64,000 bases of DNA from Candidatus Latescibacterota bacterium. Lineage in GTDB: Bacteria; Latescibacterota; UBA2968. The notes beneath the pieces were generated by a model. That model searched no databases. It saw only the letters and a list, made by a program, of their open reading frames with translations, and was not told the DNA's origin. Made by a program: the position numbers and the translations under genes. Below are positions 1 through 8,614 of the stretch, in pieces. Location of the stretch: contig OZ240241.1 of the NCBI GenBank assembly GCA_965198115.1, positions 5,120,001 through 5,184,000 on the forward strand. Reading direction: 5' to 3'. Positions within the stretch are counted from its first letter, which is position 1; the number at the start of each line of letters is the position of its first letter.

Positions 1-573
1 GTCGACCAGAATCGCGAGCTTAAGAAGCTGGGCGCTTGCCTGGAGCCGTGCCTGTTCGAGGCGTTGCCTGTTGATCTCGAACTTGAGTCTGTCGTCGACC
101 AGGGCAAAGTTGATGGCCACACCCTCCTCGGCAAGCCCGGGTGTGTCCGAAACAGTCAAGATGTTCGAGTTCTCGAGCTGATCCTGGATTTTCTCGATTT
201 GACCGGCGTATTCATTGGAGATAAAGAGTAGATGGCACATCGTCGCGTGCTCGATTTCGTCGAATACCATGATTTTGAGGTTTCGACCAGACACCTTGCG
301 TTTTCTCGATATTTCGCGAAGTGTCGTTTCGATTTCGGTGTTCCCGAGGATCCCGATCGTGAACACGCTGTCCTGGAGGGACTCGGGCCACTGGATGTAG
401 TCGATAAAATGATAGATGAAGGCCGCTTTGAACTGTGACAGACGGTCGCCAGGGTCTTCTTGTCCGTGGCTGGCACCGGGCAGGATGCCGCCAAGCGCAA
501 TGACTGTGCAGGACACGAAGAGGATGTGAAGTCGAAACCAGCTCAGGGCCGGATGGTTGTTACGCCAGGGCAA
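1..573 (-). CDS. YfiR/DUF4154 family periplasmic protein (3' end runs off the window)
   Basis: Not in the ORF track; translated by hand. TTG at 573 with GAGGA upstream, hydrophobic signal, then FKAAFIYHFIDYIQWP...CHLLFIS...ILTVSDTPGLAEEGVAINFALVDDRLKFEINRQRLEQARLQASAQLLKLAILVD, matching YfiR motifs. Directly downstream of a TonB-dependent receptor. Confidence 0.85.
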   Translation of the reverse strand, partial: MPWRNNHPALSWFRLHILFVSCTVIALGGILPGASHGQEDPGDRLSQFKAAFIYHFIDYIQWPESLQDSVFTIGILGNTEIETTLREISRKRKVSGRNLKIMVFDEIEHATMCHLLFISNEYAGQIEKIQDQLENSNILTVSDTPGLAEEGVAINFALVDDRLKFEINRQRLEQARLQASAQLLKLAILVD

Positions 574-2631
574 GAGATCCTCAGTACTCGATGGCGAATC
601 GGAAGACGAAAGCGCGACCGGGCTGAGGGATGAGGGAGTTTCTGAATCCCAAGCTTCTGCCGGAGAAAACGTCCCCGCTGTCTGCCTGTTCGACCCCCGG
701 ATGGAAATAGTCGTGGTCGAACAGATTCGAAATCTTGAGGGTAAGCCAAAAGGGGCCGTAGGTGTAGCTGAGCGCACCGTGAGCGACCAGATAGGGATCG
801 ATCGTCTTGCCCTGATTCCTTAGTGGATTCTGGGAATAGAGTTCGCGTCTCTCTACGAGGTTCCCGCGTAGGTTCAGACCCGAGGACAGGGGGAGGTTGA
901 CGCCGACGTTGATCTTGTGGGGCGCGATGTCGCCTAGGTCCGTGTCACCGACGACCCAATCGCCAGCGGCGTGGTCGAAGTGGATGCTGCTCGTGACGCT
1001 GGTATAGGTGTAGTTGAAGAAGCCGGATATGTCTGTTGCATTCTGGACGAAATTCGGGATGGCGTATCGAGCGCGGTATTCGATTCCCCATATGTCACGA
1101 CTTCCGGCGTTTTCCGCTTCTTCTTTAATGACGTTGTCGTAGTGCGAGAAAAAGAGGGAGACGTCGTGAAACGAGTGCTCGGTCTGCACCATCCCGATGG
1201 CTTCGATGTTCCGGACTTCTTCGGGCTTGAGGTCGGGGTTTGCGAGCCTGCCGTTCCATCCACCCCACAGCAGGATGGGCGCGGGCTCCTGAAAAGCCTC
1301 CCCATAGAGGACTTTGAACGCGCTTCGCTTGGAGAATCTGTAGATCGAGGAGATCCTCGGATTGATTGACCGCCCGTAGAGGGAGTTGTGGTCGATCCTG
1401 ACTCCCGCGTTGAACCGGAAGGGGTCCCTTACCCAGATTCCCTGAACGAAGCCACCGATATCCTCCGTAATAGCCAGGTTGTTGGGTGGCATGTTCGGGT
1501 TCGGTGGCGCAGGGATGAGGTAGTTGGCATCGCTGCTGTGTCCGATTCCGGCGCCGAAGCCGTGAGGCCCCGGATCGTTCGATGCCACGGTGGAACTAAA
1601 GGCGTTCCAATACCCTGGGATGTCGTAGGCCTTGGTGAGTTCCTTCCGCTCGAATTTGAACCCACCCGTCAGGACGTGGGGACCGACGTTGGCCTCGAAC
1701 TGCTGTTTGAACAGCCAGCTGTTACTGATCGAGTTCCATTGCGTCAGGCTGATGAAGGAGTCCCCCTCGTTACCGGCGCGCCAGTCCGGCAACGCTTCGG
1801 GCCAACCACCCCACGTCCGGCTTTTTCGAAAAGAGAGGAGGGACTTGCTCTTTATGGGGTCAGTGACCTGTCGCTCGGACTCTGCGTAGACATTCGAACC
1901 CGATGTATTCCAAAAAACGTTGTTCTGAACCCGATCCGCGGCGTACTGAGGTCCATAGCCCTCCTTCCGCACCCATCGCACGAACCCAAGTTTGACACCG
2001 CGATAGCTCACACTTCCGATTACTCCGTTGTCGTCCGACGGATCGTGGTAGGTTCCGAAATTTCGGTTTCGATGTTCGTGATCGAGAATGGGGCCCCAGG
2101 TCTGCCGATCCCCGTAGAGGTTTGGGCTGATGAATCCGAATCGGTTGGAGAGATTCGGCTCGTCGCTTCTGAACACGCGACCCGACACGTGGTAGGCGAC
2201 TTCGCCAATTCTTCCTCGCAATGCCGCGTCGACACTTCCCGTGTTGTAGCTGCCCCCGTGAATACCGACATGGGCTCGATTGCCATCTTGATCAGACTCG
2301 GTTCCGTCGTACGTGACGATGTTGACGATTCCGAGGAAGGCATTCGGTCCGTAAATGGCCGAAGCGGGTCCGTAGAGGACTTCGACTCGCTTGATACTCG
2401 ACAAGGGGTATCTGCGACTGAACACTGCCTGGTGCGTCCAGAGATGGTTGTCTACCTGATTGTTGATCATCAGGAGCGTGCGTTGCGTCGAAGGATGGCG
2501 GTAGCCTCGCTGGTAGGCGTAGAGATAGGGGATCCCGTTGGCGAGGATCGTGTCGAAACCCGGGAGGTCGACGATGATTTCGGCCAGGTTCGTGTAACCT
2601 CGCTGTCGGATGTCCTGTGCGGTTATAACAA

Positions 2632-4014
2632 GGCTCTATCCGGGTTTCTCAACGGTGAAACTATAGAATGACAAGGTCATAGATCGTTCCCTACGCTTGG
2701 TTGTGTGTGTAGGACAATCAAAGCGAAGGGGGTGCGACCTATGACCGGGAGCAGATTACTATCGGAACTGCTGAGATTCAAGGGGTTCCGTGTTGTCAGC
2801 TGGTGGTTTGAGGGGAGAAGCTGCTTCGTCATCGCCGTAAAGCCCCATAAGAATGGTTGTTGTTGTCCGGAGTGCGGCCGTCGAGGTAAAATCGTCCGCA
2901 CAATGCCCCATCCGCGTCGGTGGCGTGACATTCCGGTGTGCGGGTGGAGGGTCTGGCTTCTCTACCATCCTCGGGAGATTCGGTGTCCTACCCACGGTCG
3001 TGTGGTCGAGGAGATTCCGTGGGCGGAGCGGTTGCGCTACTGCCAGACCATGACGCAGAAGGCGGCGTCCGAGTTACTGCGCATCTCTGCCTCGACGCTG
3101 TCGGATCTCCTTCACCGATCCATCACGCGGCTTCGTGAAGGTCATCGTATCCGAGGGCTCAAAACCATCGGGATCGACGAGATCTCCTACGCCAAGCGTC
3201 ACAGGTACGCCACGCTCGTTTACGATCTGGACCGCTCCTGCGTGGTGTGGGTTGGCCGCGGCAGGGCGCGTAAAACGATCGATCGGTTCTTCACAGAGGC
3301 TCTCAGTCCCTACCGGAGATCCAAGATCGAGTGGGCCTGCTGCGACATGAGCGAAGCTTACATCGGAGCCATCCAGGAACACTGTCCGAATGCCAAGCTG
3401 GTCCTCGATCGCTTTCACATCGTCAAGGCTCTCAATGCCGCCGTTGACGAGGTCCGTAAGGACCAGTGGCGTAAAGCTGCCCCGGATGAGCGCAAAGCCA
3501 TGAAGGGCCTCCGATGGCTCCTCTACCGGCACTCAGCGACACGCTCCAGAGGGGATACTCGGACACTCAAAGCACTGGAGAAGGCGAACTACCGAATCTA
3601 TAGAGCCTGGAGACTCAAGGACGAGTTCGAGCAGTTCTGGGAATACAAAGCGCCCTGGGCTGCCGAACGCTTCCTGAAATGCTGGACGACGTCCGCACTC
3701 AGAAGTCGACTTGAACCCCTGCGAAAGTTCGTCAGGACCCTGCGACAGCACTTCTTCGGCGTCCTCGCATTCGTGAACACGCGTCTTACCAACGCCATCG
3801 CCGAAGGCCTCAACCGAATCGTCCAAATCGTCAAGAACCGAGCCAGCGGATTCCGCACACTCGACGCATTCAACGATATGATCTTCCTTACCGTCGGAGA
3901 CATAAACATCCCTGAGCAGATTCCGAAGAGGTTCCGCACACTCTAACCGCGCCCCCATGCCAGGAACCACGGCACCTTCACCCACTCATCTCGTTGAGAG
4001 ATCCGGATATAGCC
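2632..4014 (+). mobile_element. ISL3-family IS, copy 1 (1383 bp; 36-bp internal deletion allele)
   Basis: Terminal inverted repeats GGCTCTATCCGGGTTTCTCAACG / GGCTATATCCGGATCTCTCAACG. 8-bp target duplication TATAACAA at 2624-2631 and 4015-4022. Confidence 0.97.
2741..3946 (+). CDS. ISL3-family transposase (lacks 12 aa FSRVTYRFEYAM)
   Basis: Zinc finger CPECG...CPTHG, GIDE, CCDM, LDRFH and TNAIAEGLN motifs. ATG 2741 preferred; alternative GTG at 2705. Confidence 0.95.
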   Translation: MTGSRLLSELLRFKGFRVVSWWFEGRSCFVIAVKPHKNGCCCPECGRRGKIVRTMPHPRRWRDIPVCGWRVWLLYHPREIRCPTHGRVVEEIPWAERLRYCQTMTQKAASELLRISASTLSDLLHRSITRLREGHRIRGLKTIGIDEISYAKRHRYATLVYDLDRSCVVWVGRGRARKTIDRFFTEALSPYRRSKIEWACCDMSEAYIGAIQEHCPNAKLVLDRFHIVKALNAAVDEVRKDQWRKAAPDERKAMKGLRWLLYRHSATRSRGDTRTLKALEKANYRIYRAWRLKDEFEQFWEYKAPWAAERFLKCWTTSALRSRLEPLRKFVRTLRQHFFGVLAFVNTRLTNAIAEGLNRIVQIVKNRASGFRTLDAFNDMIFLTVGDINIPEQIPKRFRTL

Positions 4015-4538
4015 TATAACAACCAGTGCCGCGGGTGCTTCGAAGATGCTCTCTTCGATTCCCGAGGCGAGCGACACGTCTACCTTCATGAGTTCCGACA
4101 GGGGGGTCGATAGGAGTTCCTCGAGGTCCTGGGCGGATGCGGCGGAGCTGAGAAGAATCAGTAGACAGATGATGGTGGACAGAGGACGGTATACGGTGGA
4201 CCCTGTAAAGGGCTTTGCCCGTTTGGCTGTCGGCTTTCGGCGGTGGGCGGTTGGCAGTGGAGACGGCTTTGCCCCCATCGCCGAAGCTACGGCAGACAGG
4301 CGGTGGACCCCTCGACTGCGCTCTTCTCGCTTCGCTCTTTTCGCTAGGCTCGAAGCAGGCCTCCGCAGGTTCAGGCAGGCTCTGGACGGTGGGCGGAAAG
4401 AAAAACGCGTCATTCCACTACGATTGTGGCTCTTGAAATGGATTTGGAGACCTATCGGGTGGGTGGTCTACCACCGTTCTGGCGGGAAGTGTTAAAACAG
4501 AACCTATCTTCTTTGTAAACCGTAAGATGGAGGACGGC

Positions 4539-7358
4539 TCAGATCCCGAGGAGGTAGGAAAGTTTGAGCAACAAAGCGCGATTGCGTTCTTCGAAGCCAC
4601 CGATCGTCCCGAATGCCTGGTCGTAGACGAGAAAGATGTCGCTGCCGGGGCGGTAGCGATAGTTGACGAGGAAGTTGAAGCTGGCGAGCTCGTCTTCGTT
4701 GTTCCATTGGGTGAAGAGCTTGACGAAGAAGTCGGTTGTGAAGGAGTAGATCAGTCGCGCGTTGACGAGCTGTACATTCACGTTTCCTTCGGGCATCCTG
4801 AGCCAGTTGGTTTCGTATTCGGTTTCCACGTTGAACCGTCCCGAGGGCTTGATCGCGCTTCGAACTGTGAGGGTGTACTTGTCGCCGGTGTAGAAGCTCC
4901 CTGCCTCGAAATCGACCTGGCCTTGCAGCTTTCGATTCCGGCTCGTTCGGACACCCGCTTTGGTGGACACGAAATCGTAGGTGCCGGCGGGAATGACAAC
5001 ATCCGGACGACGGTCCGACGGTTCGAACGGTTCGACGACTTCGTCTCGCTCCCAGACCACTTCGAGGTCGAAGTCGTCGCTTTGGAAGTTCTCGAGGCTT
5101 ATCTCGAAGGTGGTTTCTGCGTTCTTCAGGTCGTTCTGCCGATCGGTAAAGATCTTCGATCCTAGGCGGAACCGGGCCGAGTAGATTCCCCAGGTCCGGA
5201 TACGAGGTTCGATGCCATAGCGACTTTCATATCGTCGGAATCCATCGAGATCCCCCCGGCGGTTCACGAATCCGACTTCCGGTTCGAAGAAGTCATCGAC
5301 GTCCAGAAAGATGGCGCGCCAATCCGCGAGAGATCCGCGGTAGTCTGCGCGCGCCCAAAAAGCGTTCCCGGGATTCAGTTCCGAGTCCCAGGTTCGGGCG
5401 GCAAAACCCTTGAAGTTCAAGGACCTGGTGGGGGAATAGCTGAAGTCAAGGCCGCCGGCGCGGTTGTAGCTGTCCCAGCCCGAATCGGGTATGCTGGTTT
5501 GCTTGTTCACGAAGATGAAACCCACGTTGGACCGGGCCAACAGGTCTTGTCGCATCCTCACGACGCTGAAGTTACTCCTGGGCACAGTGATCTGCCCATC
5601 GACGTCCTGAAACGTGGTGTTGTCCGTGAGGGCATTCATGACTCCCAGACTGGTGCGGCCCACCTTACCGGCGATCTTCGATCCAAGGACGATCGGTACC
5701 AGTCTCTTGTCTTCCAGCCCGATACGTCGGCTGTTGAACAGGAGTGTCGGGGGGCGTGCGTCACTGCCACGCGTTACAGCTGCCTCTCCGAAGCTAAAAA
5801 CGTTCGCTCCTTCGAGGAAGAACTCGCGCTTTTCGGGAAAGAAGAGACTGAACTGCGTCAGGTTGACCTGCTCCTGATCGCCCTCGACCTGGGCAAAGTC
5901 GGTGTTGTAGGAGAGGTCGAGCGTCAGGTTAGAGGTGATCCCGTAACGCAGGTCGGCGCCCGACTCGAATGTCTGCTTCTGCTCAGGATCGATCGCGAGT
6001 CGATCCCTGGAGCTGCTTGGCAGGATGTAAGGTTTGATCTGCAGCAGGCGCTTGGAACGAACACCTTCCATCCCTCTCAACTCGGCAATGTCAGAAGTCC
6101 AGTAGCGGGCGCGTCCGCTGGATGATTGTGTCCCGACCACGAGAGCGACCTCCTCGTTCTTCGCGGACACGCCCCGGCCGAGATTGAGGCCCCAGGTGGT
6201 GGCCCCCTCCTTGAATCGCAGCTGATCGAATGGGATCTGCATTTCGACGGACCAACCCCCTTCGTGGCGATGCGTCTTGGATTTCCAGTTGGCGTCCCAG
6301 CTGTCGTTGCTGGTCCGGCCTTCGTTCGAGAGGAGCAGATCACGCTGTGTGCCGTGCGGGTTGACGAAAAAGAAGAATCCGTTCTGGCGGTCGTTGTAAG
6401 TGTCGAGCAGAACCGAAATATGGTCGTCCCCGGACAGGATCTCGTCCCGACGCATGTTGTTGGCAACGATGCGTTCGGGCGTCTCCGAGGCGCATTCGAA
6501 ACCGATGTAGAGGTTGTCTTCGTCGTAGAGGACTCGAGCTTCGGTGGGGTCCGTACCCGGCATCCAGTAATCCGGCTCCCTTTGCACGAATCCCCGAATC
6601 GGCCGTGCCTGGCCCCAGACGGGATCGTCGAGCCTGCCGTCGAGGTCCGGCCCCTCGTCGACGCGGGTCGCGTAAACGGTTCGACGGGATCGACGTGGGT
6701 TGCCGTCTCCGCGAGCGACGCCGATCAATCGGTCTTCCTGCTGTGGATGTGAGCCTGTTGGTGAGACGTTGTGTGCGACGAGCAGGTCCCCCAGTTCCTT
6801 GATCACCTCGAAGGATTCCCCTTGGGCGTTTCCGCTCGCAGCGGACAACGTACTCCAGAGCGGGACCGAGTCCTTCATGCCCTCGACGTAGACCAGCTGG
6901 TCTACGACCTGGCGCACTCGACCCTCCATCGACCCGAAGGCGCTCTGGAGCATCGGCTCTGTCGGATCATCGTTCGCCTGGCCATCGGTGGCTGCCGTAC
7001 CGGATACGGCGACACGCAGATCACCCGCGCGGGCAGCGCTGACGAGCGTCCCTTCCGTCACCCCCGGCGCGAATTCGACGACTTCGGCGCGAACGAATCG
7101 TCCAGATCCGCTGACGATCCTCGCGATGCCCATCGCCTGTTCCTCGCTCCCATTTGTGGCCAGAAGCCGCAACGTGTTGCCGACCGTTGGCTGCCCGTTC
7201 CCGGCCGTGTCGATGAACAGCAGCCGACCATCCGTCCGGACGACGTAGCCTTCCTGGCTTCGCGCAGGTGTGCTAGAGACCAGAAACCACGTTAGAACAC
7301 CGAGGGCGAGGACCCACCCAGCGGACCTTTTTGTCTTCGAATGTCGAACTCGCTTCAT
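4539..7358 (-). CDS. DUF5916 / CBM9-like domain outer-membrane protein with N-terminal extension
   Basis: PDLDGRLDDPVW, LDTYNDRQNGFFFFVNPHGTQRD, NTDFAQVEGD, LFFPEKREFFLEG and C-terminal LKLSYLL motifs. Signal-like segment after MKRVRH (ATG 7358). Confidence 0.85.
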   Translation of the reverse strand: MKRVRHSKTKRSAGWVLALGVLTWFLVSSTPARSQEGYVVRTDGRLLFIDTAGNGQPTVGNTLRLLATNGSEEQAMGIARIVSGSGRFVRAEVVEFAPGVTEGTLVSAARAGDLRVAVSGTAATDGQANDDPTEPMLQSAFGSMEGRVRQVVDQLVYVEGMKDSVPLWSTLSAASGNAQGESFEVIKELGDLLVAHNVSPTGSHPQQEDRLIGVARGDGNPRRSRRTVYATRVDEGPDLDGRLDDPVWGQARPIRGFVQREPDYWMPGTDPTEARVLYDEDNLYIGFECASETPERIVANNMRRDEILSGDDHISVLLDTYNDRQNGFFFFVNPHGTQRDLLLSNEGRTSNDSWDANWKSKTHRHEGGWSVEMQIPFDQLRFKEGATTWGLNLGRGVSAKNEEVALVVGTQSSSGRARYWTSDIAELRGMEGVRSKRLLQIKPYILPSSSRDRLAIDPEQKQTFESGADLRYGITSNLTLDLSYNTDFAQVEGDQEQVNLTQFSLFFPEKREFFLEGANVFSFGEAAVTRGSDARPPTLLFNSRRIGLEDKRLVPIVLGSKIAGKVGRTSLGVMNALTDNTTFQDVDGQITVPRSNFSVVRMRQDLLARSNVGFIFVNKQTSIPDSGWDSYNRAGGLDFSYSPTRSLNFKGFAARTWDSELNPGNAFWARADYRGSLADWRAIFLDVDDFFEPEVGFVNRRGDLDGFRRYESRYGIEPRIRTWGIYSARFRLGSKIFTDRQNDLKNAETTFEISLENFQSDDFDLEVVWERDEVVEPFEPSDRRPDVVIPAGTYDFVSTKAGVRTSRNRKLQGQVDFEAGSFYTGDKYTLTVRSAIKPSGRFNVETEYETNWLRMPEGNVNVQLVNARLIYSFTTDFFVKLFTQWNNEDELASFNFLVNYRYRPGSDIFLVYDQAFGTIGGFEERNRALLLKLSYLLGI

Positions 7359-7802
7359 AATCAGGTCGGGTGGGTGGTTCACTGAGAACGTCGATCGGGA
7401 AAGGATTTCCATAGACAAGTGAGCACATGCTCCTTTGTCAATCGCTCGTAGTATCCCCCGGACGACTGACACAGCCGTGAGTCGTGCGATTGGGCCTGTG
7501 AAAAGGCGAAGCCATTGGTGCGAGCGCAAATTCCGTACCCAAATTCCTTAAATGGCTATATATGATGATGTTAGCAAAGCGAAATGAGTGCGGCTTCCTT
7601 CGGCAGGCTCGTCTCGGCCACCTGCTATGAAGGTCATCACCACCCCGCTACGAAGTGGCGCAGATCCGTCGAACGTTTCGGTCAGCCGCTGACCTGCCCC
7701 CAGGTTCGAACAGTCCCCGCAGCGTGCCGTGAGGATGGTGTTTCGTCGAGGTGGTGGTTGTATATTCGGTCTTGTCCAGACAACCCATCCTCAGGAGACT
7801 TT

Positions 7803-8570
7803 ATGTACCCGAATCCGATGAAATCGAGACTTCAGGCCGGCGAGACGATACTCGGTACGTCTCTTCCCGCCCCTTTGCCACAGATCGCAGCGGCTGTGAT
7901 GCCGACCCAGCCGGATTTCATATGGATCGACACGGAGCACGCACCGTTCGGCACGGAAGCGCTCGGCACGATCCCCGTGATGGCACGGCAGAAGGGCGTA
8001 GCGCCGATGATTCGCGTGGCGTGGAACGATCCGGCGCTGATCAAGAAGGCCTACGACGTAGGGGCCGTGGCGGTGATGGTCCCTCAAGTGAACACGCGGG
8101 AAGAAGCCGAACGGGCGGTGCAATATGCGAGGTATCCTCCGTTAGGCCAGCGGGGGATTTCACCGTCGTGGCCCATCCTGGCAGGTGAAGACTGGAACAA
8201 CGTCATCAAAACCGCGAACGAGGAAACGGTACTCGTGCTTCAGGTCGAAAGCCAGGAAGCTTACGACAACCTGGACGACATCAAGCAGGTGCCCGGTATC
8301 GACGTGCTGCTGGTCGGCCCGTTAGATCTGTCCGCCTCGGTGGGGACGATCACCAATACGGGTTCGAAAGAAGTGCAGGACATTATGAAGGCGGTACCAG
8401 AGCGCCTGGAGGGCACGGGTATTGCCGCGGGGACGACGCTCGGCGATGTCGAGGAGATCAAGGAGAAGCTGGGATGGGGTTATCGCTTTATGAATGTGGG
8501 CAGCGCGATCGGGTACGGCACACAGGTGCTCCAGGGCCATCTGGATGAGTTGAGGCAGGGCCTGGGTTGA
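7803..8570 (+). CDS. HpcH/HpaI aldolase family protein
   Basis: FIWIDTEH, VMVPQV, RYPPLGQRG, QVES and VGPLDLS motifs. RBS AGGAG before ATG 7803. Confidence 0.92.
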   Translation: MYPNPMKSRLQAGETILGTSLPAPLPQIAAAVMPTQPDFIWIDTEHAPFGTEALGTIPVMARQKGVAPMIRVAWNDPALIKKAYDVGAVAVMVPQVNTREEAERAVQYARYPPLGQRGISPSWPILAGEDWNNVIKTANEETVLVLQVESQEAYDNLDDIKQVPGIDVLLVGPLDLSASVGTITNTGSKEVQDIMKAVPERLEGTGIAAGTTLGDVEEIKEKLGWGYRFMNVGSAIGYGTQVLQGHLDELRQGLG

Positions 8571-8614
8571 GAGAGAAGCCAGTTGTCGTTGTCAGAAGTT
8601 CTTAAGGATCGTGG

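Larger units (their letters stand above)
581..4200 (-). pseudogene. TonB-dependent receptor interrupted by ISL3 copy 1 (5' end approximate)
   Basis: N-terminal part (IICLLILLSSAASAQDLEELLSTPLSELMKVDVSLASGIEESIFEAPAALVVI) lies right of 4014. It continues in frame left of 2631 as TAQDIRQRGYTNLAEII...RVEVLYGPASAIYGPNAFLGIVNIVT (plug motif) and ends PGRAFVFRFAIEY. Start codon uncertain. Confidence 0.9.

Noticed and set aside
1388-2671. Long opposite-strand ORFs (also 8765-9955, 25983-27149, 34642-35772, 36170-37345)
   Set aside because: Shadow ORFs of well-supported genes in GC-rich DNA.
3074-3985. Antisense ORFs (152, 150, 113 aa) conserved in every ISL3 copy as passenger genes
   Set aside because: They are conserved only because the copies are near-identical; they overlap the transposase and show no motifs.
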